DNA of 63,014 nucleotides, filler included, from Squatina squatina (lineage: Eukaryota): assembly GCA_031763465.1 (NCBI GenBank). It is 4 parts of 4 records of this genome, joined end to end, with 100 filler letters (N's around TTAATTAATTAA, not from the genome) between each part and the next. Parts side by side here need not be neighbours in the genome. Positions count along the whole stretch, not along the records: positions 49,086 to 63,014 come from JARFOE010000168.1; 3 more parts are not named here. The stretch is one strand, 5' to 3'. A program made the translations under genes and the position numbers. Under the pieces are notes generated by a model. That model worked only from the letters and a program-made list of their open reading frames with translations, ran no database searches and was not told the origin of the DNA. The stretch's first letter is position 1, and every line of letters begins with the position of its first letter. Below, one piece after another: positions 62,840-63,014 of this stretch.

Positions 62840-62915
62840 CAGAATCACACAGTACAGAAGGAGGCCATTCGGCCCATCGTGCCTGTGCTGGCTCTTTGAA
62901 TGAGCGATCCAATTT
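62840..62915 (-). mobile_element. CR1 3' UTR scrap
   Basis: CAGTACAGAAGGAGGCCATTCGGCCCATCGTGCCTGTG. Confidence 0.6.
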
Positions 62916-63014
62916 GTCAATCTAACTAATGATGGGATAATAGGAAGTACGGCATCAAGGATGGATAGGTTCAGAGAAGGATCTGACTGGGAGAACAGGA
63001 GTGCTCACCTCCAC

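Overview
Eukaryotic, repeat-rich vertebrate DNA, most likely from a shark or other cartilaginous fish (Deu-domain tRNA-derived SINEs, CR1 and L2 LINEs, Harbinger elements). It is a fragmented draft. Three artificial N-TTAATTAATTAA-N linkers (~17173, ~34691, ~49030) split the window into four apparently unrelated scaffolds, each broken by many placeholder gaps. Segment 1 has two HAT1 exons (-), an orphan C2H2 zinc-finger exon, a long CR1, a 67-bp minisatellite and a dense MEIS/PBX motif cluster. It also has the decayed 3' end of an LTR element whose env-like ORF resembles a paramyxovirus-type fusion (F) protein, followed by a polypurine tract and an LTR; this is the most novel-looking feature. 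Segment 2 has two EPS15 exons (-) head-to-head with six OSBPL9 exons (+). Segment 3 has no recognisable gene, only repeats and several AP-1/NF-E2 motifs. Segment 4 has a partial GPR146 (-) fused to CR1 sequence, a PIF/Harbinger remnant (transposase plus Myb-like gene) and an SSTR5-like somatostatin receptor (-) with a uORF. All identifications are by eye and from remembered protein families; no searches were run.
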